Origin: an uncultured Desulfatitalea sp.
GTDB lineage: Bacteria > Desulfobacterota > Desulfobacteria > Desulfobacterales > Desulfosarcinaceae
Direction: 5' to 3'
Assembly: GCA_963668675.2 (NCBI GenBank)
Contig: CAXXMB010000002.1
Coordinates: forward strand, 2,432,001-2,496,000
DNA length: 64,000 nt
The translations under genes were made by a program, and so were the position numbers. Under the pieces are notes generated by a model. The model made no database searches, was not told where the DNA came from, and saw only the letters and a list, made by a program, of their open reading frames with translations. This document shows, one piece after another, positions 1 through 9,499 of the stretch. The stretch's first letter is position 1. Every line of letters starts with the position of its first letter.

Positions 1-1959
1 CAGGGTCTGCTGGATACCGAAGTCGAAGACGTGGTAGGCGTCGTTGTTCACCTCGGTGTAGGTCCAAACATCAGGCTGGGATTCCACCCAGTCTTCGGTG
101 GTCTCCTCGCTCTGGTAGTAGTAATCGAGCATCAACACGGTGGGTTCGAAGAGCGTATAGCGCAGGCCGGCGCTGACGCGATGGTCGGCGCGCTTGGAGA
201 GCTCTTCATCGCCGGCGCGTTCGTCTCCCCGGTTGTCAAATTTTTGCCAGGCGTAGGTGATATAAAAGGATAGCGGATCGGTGATGTGTCCGCCGATGCT
301 TACGTCCACACCATGGCGGTGCACCCGGTCCAGGTTGATCTTGTAGTCGCTGTAGCGCAGGCTTCCGGCGCCAGCGCCTGAATATTGGGCGTGTTCGCGG
401 TTGCTGACGATAAAATCTTCGATATCGTAAAACGCATAGCCTACCTGAAAAGAGATGTCCCGCCACAACCGGCGATCGAAGACCAGGTCGTAACCGATGC
501 CGTGTTCAGGATCGAGCCAAGCCCCGGCCGGTCGGCCCTGGGGGTTGTAGTCGCCATGGTAGTCAGGAGCGCGCCAGATACGGCTGATCCCCGCGGAGAG
601 GGAGGTGTCCCGCAACCAACCGGCCACCCCGTCCATTTTCCAGGTAGTGAATGATTTGGGGATGAACTCGTTCCAGTGGCGGTTGATATACTTATCTCTT
701 CCAGGGATGTGGAACGACCCGTTGGACCAGTTGGAGACCCAAATCTTCACATCTTCGTAGCGCAACCCCAGCTTGACGTCGACCGATGGTATGATGCCCC
801 ACTGGTGTTGTACGAATCCACCCTGTTTGCGGACGCGCTCTTTCTTGTCGTCATCGACCCCCTCGTCGTAGAGCTGGGTGATGTCGTATCCCACCGTTGT
901 GACATGGTCAGGACTCCACTCGATCTCGTCCGTGATTTTGGCGCCCTGTTGCCACCAGTCGGTATCCATGACCGTTTTTTCCGTGTCACCCGCATTTTCA
1001 TAATAGGCCCGGTTGCGGTTGTCTTCACCATAGTAGGCACCCAGATCCACCCGGCCGATGGGTAGGTTTTGGGCGTAGTTGAGCCGGTAGGTGGCCGAGA
1101 TACTGTCCCAGGTGGGTTCTTGCTCCGGATCGAAGGAACCGGCCTCGGTTTCGGGGTAGTCCGAGTCATAGTCCGTGCCGGTGTTCGTAACTGCCGCTTC
1201 ACGGTCTGCGTCCGAGTAGGATCCGCTGACCGTGATGTGGCCGTCCTGAGGCAGCAACAACCCGAAGCGTCCGAAGACGGTGTCGATGTCCGCTTCGGTG
1301 TTACGCAGGTAGCCGTCGGTGCGGTACTTTTGATAGCCCAGGTCATATACGAAGGCATTGGCGCTGCCCTGTACCGACAGATTGCTGCTCGACGTGTTGT
1401 ATGAACCATAGCTGGTGCTGAGTCGGACATCGGGTTTGAGGCTGTCGCGGCGCTCGGGCTGACGTGTGACGAAATTGAGCACACCGCCGATGGCCTTGCT
1501 GTCGTAGAGAGCTGTGTGGGGGCCGGGCAGCACCTCGATCCGCTCGATGAGGAAAGCAGGCAGAAGGGCGTAGTCCACGATGTTGCTCGATTTGCGGCCG
1601 CCGGTTTTCTGGACGGTGAGGCTGTCGATGGCGGTAACGAAGCGCTTGGCGTCGAAGCCACGCATGTAGATGCTGTCCACACCGGGGTCGAAGTCGGAGT
1701 CGCCGCGAAAATCGATGATCGACTGGGTTTTCAATACGTCTACTATACTGCCGGGTGCTGCGATGGTAGGATATCGGTCGAGCTCGATCACGGTCTTGTC
1801 GGGCGTCACCATCAGGCCTGGGGCGCCGGCCTTCTCTTCGACCACCATGTCTTCAAGTTGTTTGACCCCCTCTGGCGGAGTGGCGGTATCGGCCGCAGGG
1901 GTGCCGATCATTAGAAAAAGCGCTGTACAAAACAACAAGACCAAACCAATCCGTTTCAT
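1..1959 (-). CDS. TonB-dependent outer-membrane receptor (runs off the left edge; partial)
   Basis: Translated by hand from the ATG at 1959: signal peptide MKRIGLVLLFCTALF, TonB-box-like EDMVVE, plug motifs SIYMRGFD and IERIEVLPGPH. It lies downstream of the tonB/exbBD genes. It is not in the ORF track, presumably because no stop falls within the window. Confidence 0.88.
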   Translation of the reverse strand, partial: MKRIGLVLLFCTALFLMIGTPAADTATPPEGVKQLEDMVVEEKAGAPGLMVTPDKTVIELDRYPTIAAPGSIVDVLKTQSIIDFRGDSDFDPGVDSIYMRGFDAKRFVTAIDSLTVQKTGGRKSSNIVDYALLPAFLIERIEVLPGPHTALYDSKAIGGVLNFVTRQPERRDSLKPDVRLSTSYGSYNTSSSNLSVQGSANAFVYDLGYQKYRTDGYLRNTEADIDTVFGRFGLLLPQDGHITVSGSYSDADREAAVTNTGTDYDSDYPETEAGSFDPEQEPTWDSISATYRLNYAQNLPIGRVDLGAYYGEDNRNRAYYENAGDTEKTVMDTDWWQQGAKITDEIEWSPDHVTTVGYDITQLYDEGVDDDKKERVRKQGGFVQHQWGIIPSVDVKLGLRYEDVKIWVSNWSNGSFHIPGRDKYINRHWNEFIPKSFTTWKMDGVAGWLRDTSLSAGISRIWRAPDYHGDYNPQGRPAGAWLDPEHGIGYDLVFDRRLWRDISFQVGYAFYDIEDFIVSNREHAQYSGAGAGSLRYSDYKINLDRVHRHGVDVSIGGHITDPLSFYITYAWQKFDNRGDERAGDEELSKRADHRVSAGLRYTLFEPTVLMLDYYYQSEETTEDWVESQPDVWTYTEVNNDAYHVFDFGIQQTL

Positions 1960-1981
1960 AACACCTGTCCCTTTTTTTATT

Positions 1982-2179
1982 CTATTCGTTTTCAGCCGTG
2001 AAAACGATTCGATGGTCGACCAGATTCATGCCTTTGAGGCGCCCCCGAATGATCTTCTGCTCTCCGAAAATGGTCACTATGCGAAAGGTGTCGTTCTCCT
2101 GGGGTTCGAGGATATCCACCGATTCGAGCACCAGCTCCTCGATGCCGTTTTTTTCCATGTAGACATTGGCTTCACACAT
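1982..2179 (-). CDS. cooT: CooT family nickel-binding chaperone
   Basis: 65 aa starting MCEANVY (Cys2), with IFGEQK and C-terminal LVDHRI, typical of CooT. Confidence 0.8.
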   Translation of the reverse strand: MCEANVYMEKNGIEELVLESVDILEPQENDTFRIVTIFGEQKIIRGRLKGMNLVDHRIVFTAENE

Positions 2180-2609
2180 GATTCCATACCTCCTTGATCT
2201 CTTTTTCCACCAGCCGCTGTACGAAGTGCGGCAGGGGTTCGTTGACGATGCCGACGATCTGAATTCGCTCCTGGGAGAGCGGTAGCAATATCTTCAGGGC
2301 CGGGCAGGATGTGATCGCAGATGCCATCCGTGGCGTCACCTCCCCGAGCATGGCGTTGGCCCATGTGATGGCAATGGGACCGACCACACAGTCTGCCTGG
2401 GGAACGGTGTGGCAGATGGCATTTTCGCCGGAAGCACCCCGGTTGGCCCCGGCCTTGAGCATTTGGGAGGTGGCGATGGCGTTGGTGCCCAAGGCGATCA
2501 GTTCGATCGATTCGCCGAAAGCATTTTTCAGATACTTGATCAGCGTGGCGCCGATGCCTCCGCCCTGCCCGTCGATCACACAAATGCGCTTGCTGTTTGA
2601 CTGTTTCAT
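2172..2609 (-). CDS. DUF3842 family protein
   Basis: VIDGQGGGIG...ALGTNAIAT..MLKAGA..GASGENAI signature. Start trimmed to MKQSNSK. Confidence 0.8.
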   Translation of the reverse strand: MKQSNSKRICVIDGQGGGIGATLIKYLKNAFGESIELIALGTNAIATSQMLKAGANRGASGENAICHTVPQADCVVGPIAITWANAMLGEVTPRMASAITSCPALKILLPLSQERIQIVGIVNEPLPHFVQRLVEKEIKEVWNHV

Positions 2610-2616
2610 TTTGATT

Positions 2617-3960
2617 TCAATTGACTTTCTGCAGTTGCCGCATGGCCAATTGGGCGCTGCGGCGCTGTTGTTTAAAGTCGGCGGCGCGTTCAAAGGCCTG
2701 CCGGCTGGCATCGATATCTTTCGCTTGCCAGGCGGCATATCCCGCCATGAGCCAAGCCTTTCCGGTTCGGGAGTGTTTTTCGCAAGCCGCACAGCGATAA
2801 GCCGCGGATGCTTCGGCATACCGTTTCATCTCGTAGAGCAGATCGCCTTTGAGCATCATCAGCTCGGGGTCTTTCCCGATCCGCGGAACGTTGACCAGTT
2901 GCGCCAGGGCCGCTTCCGGCCGGTCCAACCGGCGATAGGCCAGCACCAGGCTTTTCAGTATTTGGGGATTCGGTGCGGTGGCGAGCATCTCCTCATAGAG
3001 CGGTGCCGCTTGCCCAGGTATCCCAAGTTGGAGGTTCAGGTCGGCCCACAGCCGTTTCTCCTCATCGGTGAGGGGTTTCAGATATCCATAGATGGTCAGA
3101 GCGGCAAGGGCGGTCGTATACTCCCCCGCGGTCAGCTCGAGCTGGCAGAACATCTTCCACCAGCGGGCCTCGGAGGGTGTTTCCCTGGTCAGCGCGCGGG
3201 CGTACGTGCGGGCCTTGGCGGTCATCTTCAGCTGAACATATTGATAGAGTAGAATTTCCTGCCAGCGGATGCGCTCTTTGCCGCTGTGCTCGGCGATCAA
3301 CGCCCCGATATAGGGCAGCGCCCGTCGCGCCTGGTTATCGGCCAGCAGGGCATGCACCCAGTGAACCTTCCAGGGGGTTTCGATCCGGTCCGGATGGGCG
3401 GCGAAGAGGCGTTCGAAGACGGCGATGGCCGCTTTGTACCGCTGTGCCGTCAGCAGGGATGCGGCGCTGTAGTACAGGTGTTCGGCGCGCTTGTCGGGCG
3501 ACCGCTCGTAGGCTTCTTTGAAATGGGCGGCCGCCTCGACAAACTTCTCCTGCTCGTAGAACACTTTGGCCAGATTGAGCCAGGCGGCCACCAGGTCCGG
3601 CTGCAGGCGGACCGCTGTCGCCAGCGCCGCTTCGGCCTGGTCGTAGCGCTCCTGGTAGAGGCGGCAGTTGCCCAAGGCGAAATAGATGATGGGGTGGTGA
3701 TACGCGTTTGGCGGTGTCGACGCGCTTTCCGGCGCCGGTCCTCCGCGAGATTGGAATTCGAGCAGCCGTTTGACGGCGGCCGCATAGTCCTTTTTGTCGA
3801 TCAGGTGCCCCACGTCGTTGAGCACCCAGCGTACTTTGGCCGGCAGCTTTTCAGTGTTTTGATCGGCCCGGACCGTCATCGGGGCGAGCACCGCGATAGC
3901 GAAAACGATCAGCGCCGTGCTAAAGGCCTGGGTCGCAATGCGTCGGCAGTGTTCTTTCAT
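2617..3960 (-). CDS. Exported tetratricopeptide-repeat protein of the TonB system
   Basis: Signal-like N-terminus and repeated TPR helices (YFALGNC..Y..A, WLNLAKVFY, WLMAGYAAW). Start trimmed to MKEHC. Confidence 0.8.
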   Translation of the reverse strand: MKEHCRRIATQAFSTALIVFAIAVLAPMTVRADQNTEKLPAKVRWVLNDVGHLIDKKDYAAAVKRLLEFQSRGGPAPESASTPPNAYHHPIIYFALGNCRLYQERYDQAEAALATAVRLQPDLVAAWLNLAKVFYEQEKFVEAAAHFKEAYERSPDKRAEHLYYSAASLLTAQRYKAAIAVFERLFAAHPDRIETPWKVHWVHALLADNQARRALPYIGALIAEHSGKERIRWQEILLYQYVQLKMTAKARTYARALTRETPSEARWWKMFCQLELTAGEYTTALAALTIYGYLKPLTDEEKRLWADLNLQLGIPGQAAPLYEEMLATAPNPQILKSLVLAYRRLDRPEAALAQLVNVPRIGKDPELMMLKGDLLYEMKRYAEASAAYRCAACEKHSRTGKAWLMAGYAAWQAKDIDASRQAFERAADFKQQRRSAQLAMRQLQKVN

Positions 3961-3964
3961 GGGA

Positions 3965-4753
3965 TCAATCCAGTTCAAAGTGGATGGTGGTTTCGGCCCA
4001 CACGCGCACCGCATGGCCCTCCACCGTTCCGGGTTGGAAACGCCAGACAGATACGCAGCGCATGACGCTGTCATCGAAAATTTCCGGGGGTTGCGAGGTC
4101 ACGATCGTCGCCTGCTCGACCATGCCCTGTTCGTTGACGATAAAGCGCACCGTAACCGATCCCTCGATGCCCCGGCGTTTGGCGCCCAACGGGTAGATCG
4201 GCGGCCTGCGTGTCAACGTGATCAGCGGCTGGTCCAGATCATCGAGATTGAAAAGATCATCCAGCCCCATCTGATCAAGGTCGGATTGGATCGGGGGCAG
4301 CGCCAGTGTTGCCGGTCCGCCTGGAAGTCGGGTGTTGATTTCAACCGGCCACGTGGGCCGGTGTAGGGCCGCACTGTTCAAACTGGGCTGAGGCGGCCGG
4401 TGCTGCTTCTCGGGTTCAGGGGGTTGCTGCGGTTTGCGCTCCACAGGGCTTTCCGGTCGTTTGAGGCGCACCATCTGGATCTGGGGCAGCAGTGTATCGA
4501 AAGTGGGTTTGGCCGGTGCCGAGTGCAGCAGATGGGGCATCAGCAGAAAGAGCCCCAAGTTCAGTCCCATGGCCGTCAGTACCGCCAGGATCCAGGCGCT
4601 GCGGTTTCGCTGGCGCAATAGTCGGCGATACCCATCGGACGGAGAGCGTCCACTGCCTTCGGCGGATGCGCTGCCGGGGTTTTTATCTCCGACTTGTTTG
4701 CCCGAGGCGGCGGTGCGGATGGCCGCTTTCGTTGCTGTTTTCATCGTTTTCAC
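3965..4753 (-). CDS. tonB: Energy transducer TonB
   Basis: One TM segment, a Pro-rich linker and a C-terminal PIYPLGAKRRGIEGSV.VRFIV...WRFQPG domain. Confidence 0.9.
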   Translation of the reverse strand: MKTMKTATKAAIRTAASGKQVGDKNPGSASAEGSGRSPSDGYRRLLRQRNRSAWILAVLTAMGLNLGLFLLMPHLLHSAPAKPTFDTLLPQIQMVRLKRPESPVERKPQQPPEPEKQHRPPQPSLNSAALHRPTWPVEINTRLPGGPATLALPPIQSDLDQMGLDDLFNLDDLDQPLITLTRRPPIYPLGAKRRGIEGSVTVRFIVNEQGMVEQATIVTSQPPEIFDDSVMRCVSVWRFQPGTVEGHAVRVWAETTIHFELD

Positions 4754-4782
4754 CTAATCCTTCACCCATCACCAGGCGTCCA

Positions 4783-5208
4783 TCACTGGGATGTCGCACC
4801 CGGCAGGCTGGCTGCCAGGGAGACATTCTTAGCACCCGCCATGCGACAACCGTCCATCACCTGTATGGCCGTCCCGGTGCTGCTGGCGCGGTCGGCGACC
4901 ACCACCACAGCGCCTTCCGGGTTTTCCGCCAGGGCTCGCTCAACATTGGCCCGTACGGCGCGCACATCAATTTCACGATGGTCCATATAGATTCGGTTGC
5001 CCGGGTCGATGGCGATCAAAATGGTGGCCTTGGACTGGTTGGCAGCGGTGGCCGCCGTGGGTCGGCTCACTTCGATGCCGGTCTCTTTGACAAAACTGGT
5101 GGTCACCAGAAAGAAGATCAGCAGGATAAAGACCATATCGATCAACGGCGCGATGTTCAGCTCGGCGGCGCTTCGGTTTCCTCTTCTGGCTGCAGTGATG
5201 TTGATCAA
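4783..5208 (-). CDS. exbD: Biopolymer transport protein ExbD/TolR
   Basis: LNIAPLIDMVFILLIFFLVTTSF motif. Confidence 0.92.
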   Translation of the reverse strand: MINITAARRGNRSAAELNIAPLIDMVFILLIFFLVTTSFVKETGIEVSRPTAATAANQSKATILIAIDPGNRIYMDHREIDVRAVRANVERALAENPEGAVVVVADRASSTGTAIQVMDGCRMAGAKNVSLAASLPGATSQ

Positions 5209-5277
5209 GATGGCCCCCTTCGGGGAAGTAGAAAAGTTTTAAGTTCAGGGTGAAAGCATTCTGTCGATCTACTCTCT

Positions 5278-5889
5278 TCAGATATGCCTTCGCAAATAGT
5301 AGCCCACCGTCGTGATTCTCTGGGCCAGATTATCGGCCCGCCGGTCGAGAAAGCCTTTCATGTAAAGTCCGGGAATGGCCACCAGAAGACCGGTCTGGGT
5401 GGTGATCAGCGCCTCGGAAATGCTTCCGGCCAGGGCTTTTGCGTTTCCCGTACCGAAGATGGCCAGAACATCGAAGGCGGCGATCATGCCCGTTACCGTG
5501 CCCAACAACCCCAGCAGCGGCGCGATGGCGGCCAGCACGCCGATGACGGCCAGATAGGCTTTGAGGCGCCGGTTGATATGGGCAACGCGTTCGTCCAAAA
5601 TAAAACGGTCAATCGTCCGGTCACCGCTGCGGTGCTCGAGATATTCGGCCACCAGCAGCGATACGATGCCCCGGTATTGCATTGGGTCGGGCATGCGTTG
5701 ACGGTGAATATGGTCCCACGCCACCCGGGCGCTCATGTTCTTCCGGCGCAGCCGCCGGAAGAAAAAGATCCGATCCATGATCAGGATCCACATGACCAGG
5801 CTGACCAGCACCAGCGGTAGCATGACGATACCGCCGTCGTTCAGATACGCTTCGAGTCGGAGCCAGTTTTGATTTAAAAATGATGCCAT
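5278..5889 (-). CDS. exbB: MotA/TolQ/ExbB proton channel protein
   Basis: APLLGLLGTVTGMI...GSISEALITTQTGL motif. Confidence 0.9.
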   Translation of the reverse strand: MASFLNQNWLRLEAYLNDGGIVMLPLVLVSLVMWILIMDRIFFFRRLRRKNMSARVAWDHIHRQRMPDPMQYRGIVSLLVAEYLEHRSGDRTIDRFILDERVAHINRRLKAYLAVIGVLAAIAPLLGLLGTVTGMIAAFDVLAIFGTGNAKALAGSISEALITTQTGLLVAIPGLYMKGFLDRRADNLAQRITTVGYYLRRHI

Positions 5890-5944
5890 TTAATTCATGA
5901 TAGCTGTTAAAAGCGTCTCGTGTATAAAAGTAAAAAAGAACATT

Positions 5945-6136
5945 GAGTATGAAAGTAGAAAAGTAAGAAAGTATGAAAGTTAAGGTATTCCATCTGTTTT
6001 AGGTGTGTTCGACCCTGATTGTGTTCAGAAAATTCATATTGATGACAAAACATGTTGATTTTTCGGTCAATATGGTTTTTCCTACTTTCCTACTTTCCTA
6101 CTTTCCTACTTTCCTACTTTCCTACTTTCCTACTTT
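5945..6136. repeat. Intergenic element with 7 perfect copies of CCTACTTT (6081-6136) and an inverted, degenerate AAAGTA-type array (~5945-5985)
   Basis: Counted directly in the sequence. A related arrangement occurs at ~16475-16746. Confidence 0.85.
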
Positions 6137-6139
6137 GTC

Positions 6140-7576
6140 CTAATTTTCCAGTTTCCTATTCTTGTGAACGATGTTGACCAGGGCCACCGCCTTCTCTTCC
6201 ATTTGGCCGATACGGTTTTCAACAGATCGGTTGAGCAGGGTATGGGCCAGCATGATCGGAATGGCCACCGTCAACCCGAGCATGGTGGTCACCAAGGCTT
6301 CGGAAATGCCGCCGGACATCATACGCGGGTCGCCCGTTCCGTGATGGGTGATGACATGGAAGGTGTCGATCATTCCGGTTACGGTTCCCAACAACCCCAG
6401 CAGCGGTGCGATGGCGGCCAGCATCCCTAGCGTCGAAAGGAACCGTTCCATGGGAGGGATCTCCCGCAGGATCGCCTCCTGCAGCACGTTTTCCATCTCT
6501 TCACGTTCCATCAAACGGCAGCTCAGTCCGGCGGCGATGACCCGGGCGACCGGCTTGTTGCGGTCGGCGTCGCAGAGACGTTGGCAAATCTCCCATTTCT
6601 GTTCTGAGGCCCTTGCGGCAATGCGGCTGATCAGACCTTCTCCATCCGAGCGTTTGCGCCAAAGGAAAAAAATTCGCTCTGCAATAATTGCGGCGCCAAT
6701 GGCCAGAATGGCCAGAATCGGCCACACGATGGGGCCGCCTTTGGGGATTTGCTGCCACAGGTTCAGTTCATGGGTAAGTTGACGCAGGGCGCCTCCCCTG
6801 GAGATATCCAGGGGGATCTCTTCGCTTCGCCCCTCCATGTATGCTTCGATCCGGCGTTGAATACGGCCCGAGGGAAGTCGTGAGAGGGCATAGAGCTTGC
6901 GGCCGGCCGGTGAATAGCTAAGATATCCCACCTCGCCGTCGATGCGATAGGCGGCTGTAAAGTTGCCGATGGCCAGTATGTCGGCTTCGGCCTGCAAGCC
7001 GCTCCGGTCGACAATCAGTCCGCGTTGCAGGGAGACCTCTCCCGAGGCTCGAATCGTGTCCAGCAGGAGCGTGATCATTTTACGAATATCGCCCATTCCG
7101 GGGAATCGGGCCTGCCCCACGATGGATTGCAGAAAGTCGATCTGTGGATTTAAGATGGCCGTTTGCAGGTTCTCCTCGATCAAGGCGACCAGATCCTTGG
7201 CACCGACCCGGATGACACCCACCAACTCCCGGACCACACTGTCACTTTTGGCCAGACGCTGGGTGAGCGCTTTCTCTTCGGCCGTCAGGCGCTCCATATC
7301 ATCGGTGAGTCGACCGACGTCCGATTCCAATGCCTTGTGCCGAGCTTCTATGGCCGCCAACGCTTTTTTCAAGGCCGTTCGATCCCTGCCGATTTCTTCT
7401 TTGCTTTGTTTTGCCGCTTCTGCTGCGGCCTGCTGTTCGACGGCAGCCCGATCGATAAGCATCTGTCTGGCTTCGCGGGCCTGGATTTGCGTTTCGCGCA
7501 TATCCAGGGCGGACGCCGGAGCACACAGGATGAAGATGGATACGATTCCGATCAGAGAGTGTAGGGTCCAATTCAT
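6140..7576 (-). CDS. exbB: Long ExbB/MotA-family protein with a periplasmic coiled-coil N-terminus
   Basis: Signal peptide, coiled coil, IPLDISRG, and C-terminal APLLGLLGTVTGMI..GGISEALVTT. Confidence 0.87.
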   Translation of the reverse strand: MNWTLHSLIGIVSIFILCAPASALDMRETQIQAREARQMLIDRAAVEQQAAAEAAKQSKEEIGRDRTALKKALAAIEARHKALESDVGRLTDDMERLTAEEKALTQRLAKSDSVVRELVGVIRVGAKDLVALIEENLQTAILNPQIDFLQSIVGQARFPGMGDIRKMITLLLDTIRASGEVSLQRGLIVDRSGLQAEADILAIGNFTAAYRIDGEVGYLSYSPAGRKLYALSRLPSGRIQRRIEAYMEGRSEEIPLDISRGGALRQLTHELNLWQQIPKGGPIVWPILAILAIGAAIIAERIFFLWRKRSDGEGLISRIAARASEQKWEICQRLCDADRNKPVARVIAAGLSCRLMEREEMENVLQEAILREIPPMERFLSTLGMLAAIAPLLGLLGTVTGMIDTFHVITHHGTGDPRMMSGGISEALVTTMLGLTVAIPIMLAHTLLNRSVENRIGQMEEKAVALVNIVHKNRKLEN

Positions 7577-8349
7577 TGGATGGCCATCCTTCCCAGCGGG
7601 AGAGAGAGCAGCTCGACTGGTTGCCGCTTCGCACCGATTTCGATGGCGGTTTCGATGGCTGCATTGTAAGTACCGGGAAACGATTCCCAGCGGGAGGTCG
7701 CCACGTTGAACACGCCGCAGTGATTCTTATCCAGCGTCTGGAAAAAAAGACTCATGCGCCCCAGGCGGAAGATGTTGGTCAACATCTCCTGGTCGTTCAC
7801 CGCTATGGTTTCTTGATAGACCTCGATGGTGTTGCCGAATTCGGCTTCGATCATGAGGGCTTCCATCACCTTGCGAAATTTTTCGCTGACGGCGATTTCA
7901 GGATCTGCTGCCAGTTGCTCGAGCCGGTCGATGCGCATCCGGCGTTCGGATTGGAGAAACGGCATCCCGCTGGAAACAAGGGTCTCCAGGTGTCGGATGA
8001 CCTCTTCGACCAGAGGAGCGACTCCTGCCCCTATCTGCTCGATATCCGTCAGTTGCTTCTGTTTGGCGGCAATGCGCCGGTCGGCCTCTTCATTGGATTG
8101 CTGCAGCGCTGTTTTGCGGATCTCAAGTTGGGCGATGGTCTGTTCCAGAGCTTCATATTTGGCAAGCAGCCGTTCGCGCTCGGCGTGCCACTGCTCTTGC
8201 TCCTGTTGTGTTTCCTGGCGTGTGGCGATGGCATCACGGACCGGTTTTTCGATCCGGTTAGTCACTTCATCGGCCGCCACTGGTGTATGGGAAGCCAGCC
8301 AAAGCAGCACGCCTGAGAATAACAAGGTGATCAGCTTCGATCGTTGCAT
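7573..8349 (-). CDS. DUF3450 domain protein (TonB2-system associated)
   Basis: Signal peptide, coiled coil, MPFL..ER..R, SEKFRKVMEALMIEAEFG and FRLGRM motifs. Confidence 0.85.
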   Translation of the reverse strand: MQRSKLITLLFSGVLLWLASHTPVAADEVTNRIEKPVRDAIATRQETQQEQEQWHAERERLLAKYEALEQTIAQLEIRKTALQQSNEEADRRIAAKQKQLTDIEQIGAGVAPLVEEVIRHLETLVSSGMPFLQSERRMRIDRLEQLAADPEIAVSEKFRKVMEALMIEAEFGNTIEVYQETIAVNDQEMLTNIFRLGRMSLFFQTLDKNHCGVFNVATSRWESFPGTYNAAIETAIEIGAKRQPVELLSLPLGRMAIQ

Positions 8350-8395
8350 GCAATCTCCTTTTCATCCTGATTCATCGAGGGCGACAGGGCTCGGC

Positions 8396-8452
8396 AAAAA
8401 AAAAGCCGGGAGATCGACGATCGGAATTCTTTCCGATGCGACCTTCCCGGCC
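8396..8452 (-). terminator. Intrinsic terminator-like hairpin inside the 5' leader of the TonB operon (candidate attenuator)
   Basis: Minus strand reads GCCGGGAAGGTCG-CATCGGAA..TTCCGATC-GTCGATCTCCCGGC followed by a U9 run, ~45 nt before the DUF3450 start. Confidence 0.6.
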
Positions 8453-8609
8453 TTGTTGTCTATTTCGTGTTTTTTACTTTGCTGCTGGGTTCTTGCGCGG
8501 ACCCCTTGACCCTTTTCCTATCCAAAAAAAGTTAATGGGCGTTCGGCCCATTGCCGCTTAAGCTTTTACTATTCCGGAGCTTTCGTAGCCCTTTTGAACA
8601 TAAGTCTGC

Positions 8610-8639
8610 TATCTACTGAAATGGTGAAGCGTTTGTCAA
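8610..8639 (-). promoter_or_regulatory. Putative sigma70 promoter of the TonB operon
   Basis: Minus strand TTGACA-N18-TAGATA. Confidence 0.4.
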
Positions 8640-8682
8640 GTGAAAGTGACAGCCTGGCCCGATATCGTTAAGTACCTACCGT

Positions 8683-9411
8683 TCAAGACTGCGCGCCGAA
8701 CAGTGCCCGCTTCAGCCAGGCCATCGACCAGGATAGCCATCGGACCTCGTCCGCTGCATCGGTCGGCGGCGGCTCGCCGGTGTCCATAGCCGGCAAGCCG
8801 TTGACGGCCGCCTGCGCTTTGAGCCGGTCGAGGTCGTAAAAGGCCATCGCCGCCCATTGCTGCTGGTCGGGGGCCAGTGGGCCGGGTCGCAGCCGATTCT
8901 TGAGGGCGATCAATTCCATCATCCGGTCATCGACGGCCAGGCCTTCTCCGGCCTGCTGAGATTCGAGCCATTGGCGCACCGTCTGCCTGGGGCCGTTTTC
9001 AAAGCCCCGGCAATGCCCTTCTTTGATCAGGGCGAAATGCTCGCTGATGTGTCCGTCTTTTCTGGAGCGTTGAATCGCCCTGGCCACCGGGTAGAGGCGG
9101 CACGAGGTGGGGCGGGCCGCATAGACGCTGCACCCTTGGGGCGTGACAAACGGGCACCGCTTTTCACCATCGTTTTGAAAGCGAAACATGGCCACCGGCA
9201 GGCCGGTCGATGGCCCGGTGTAGAGGACCACGTACTGATCGTGGATCTGGTCCCAGGAGAGATTCAGGTGGCTTCTGAGGCGCAAAACGTCATAGGGCGT
9301 CAGGGCCTGGTTGAGGTCCTGGCAGCACTGGTTGAAGCAGGCCACTCCCGGGCCGCACTGGAATTGGAAGGGTTCGTCAGGACCGATGGCAATGAGTTCG
9401 GGTTCCGGCAT
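8683..9411 (-). CDS. YkgJ family cysteine cluster (Zn/Fe-chelating) protein
   Basis: FQCGPGVACFNQCC...CPF...GCSVYAARPTSCRLYP...CRG. An AAGGAGG RBS precedes MPEPE. Confidence 0.85.
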   Translation of the reverse strand: MPEPELIAIGPDEPFQFQCGPGVACFNQCCQDLNQALTPYDVLRLRSHLNLSWDQIHDQYVVLYTGPSTGLPVAMFRFQNDGEKRCPFVTPQGCSVYAARPTSCRLYPVARAIQRSRKDGHISEHFALIKEGHCRGFENGPRQTVRQWLESQQAGEGLAVDDRMMELIALKNRLRPGPLAPDQQQWAAMAFYDLDRLKAQAAVNGLPAMDTGEPPPTDAADEVRWLSWSMAWLKRALFGAQS

Positions 9412-9499
9412 GAAACGGGTGACCTCCTTTCGATAAATCGCCGAAGAATAGCGCGCCGTGGACAGGCTGTCAACGAAAGCCTGCCGAACATTTGGGGTG

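Noticed and set aside
6081..6136. CRISPR array
   Set aside because: These are contiguous 8-bp units with no spacers and no cas genes.
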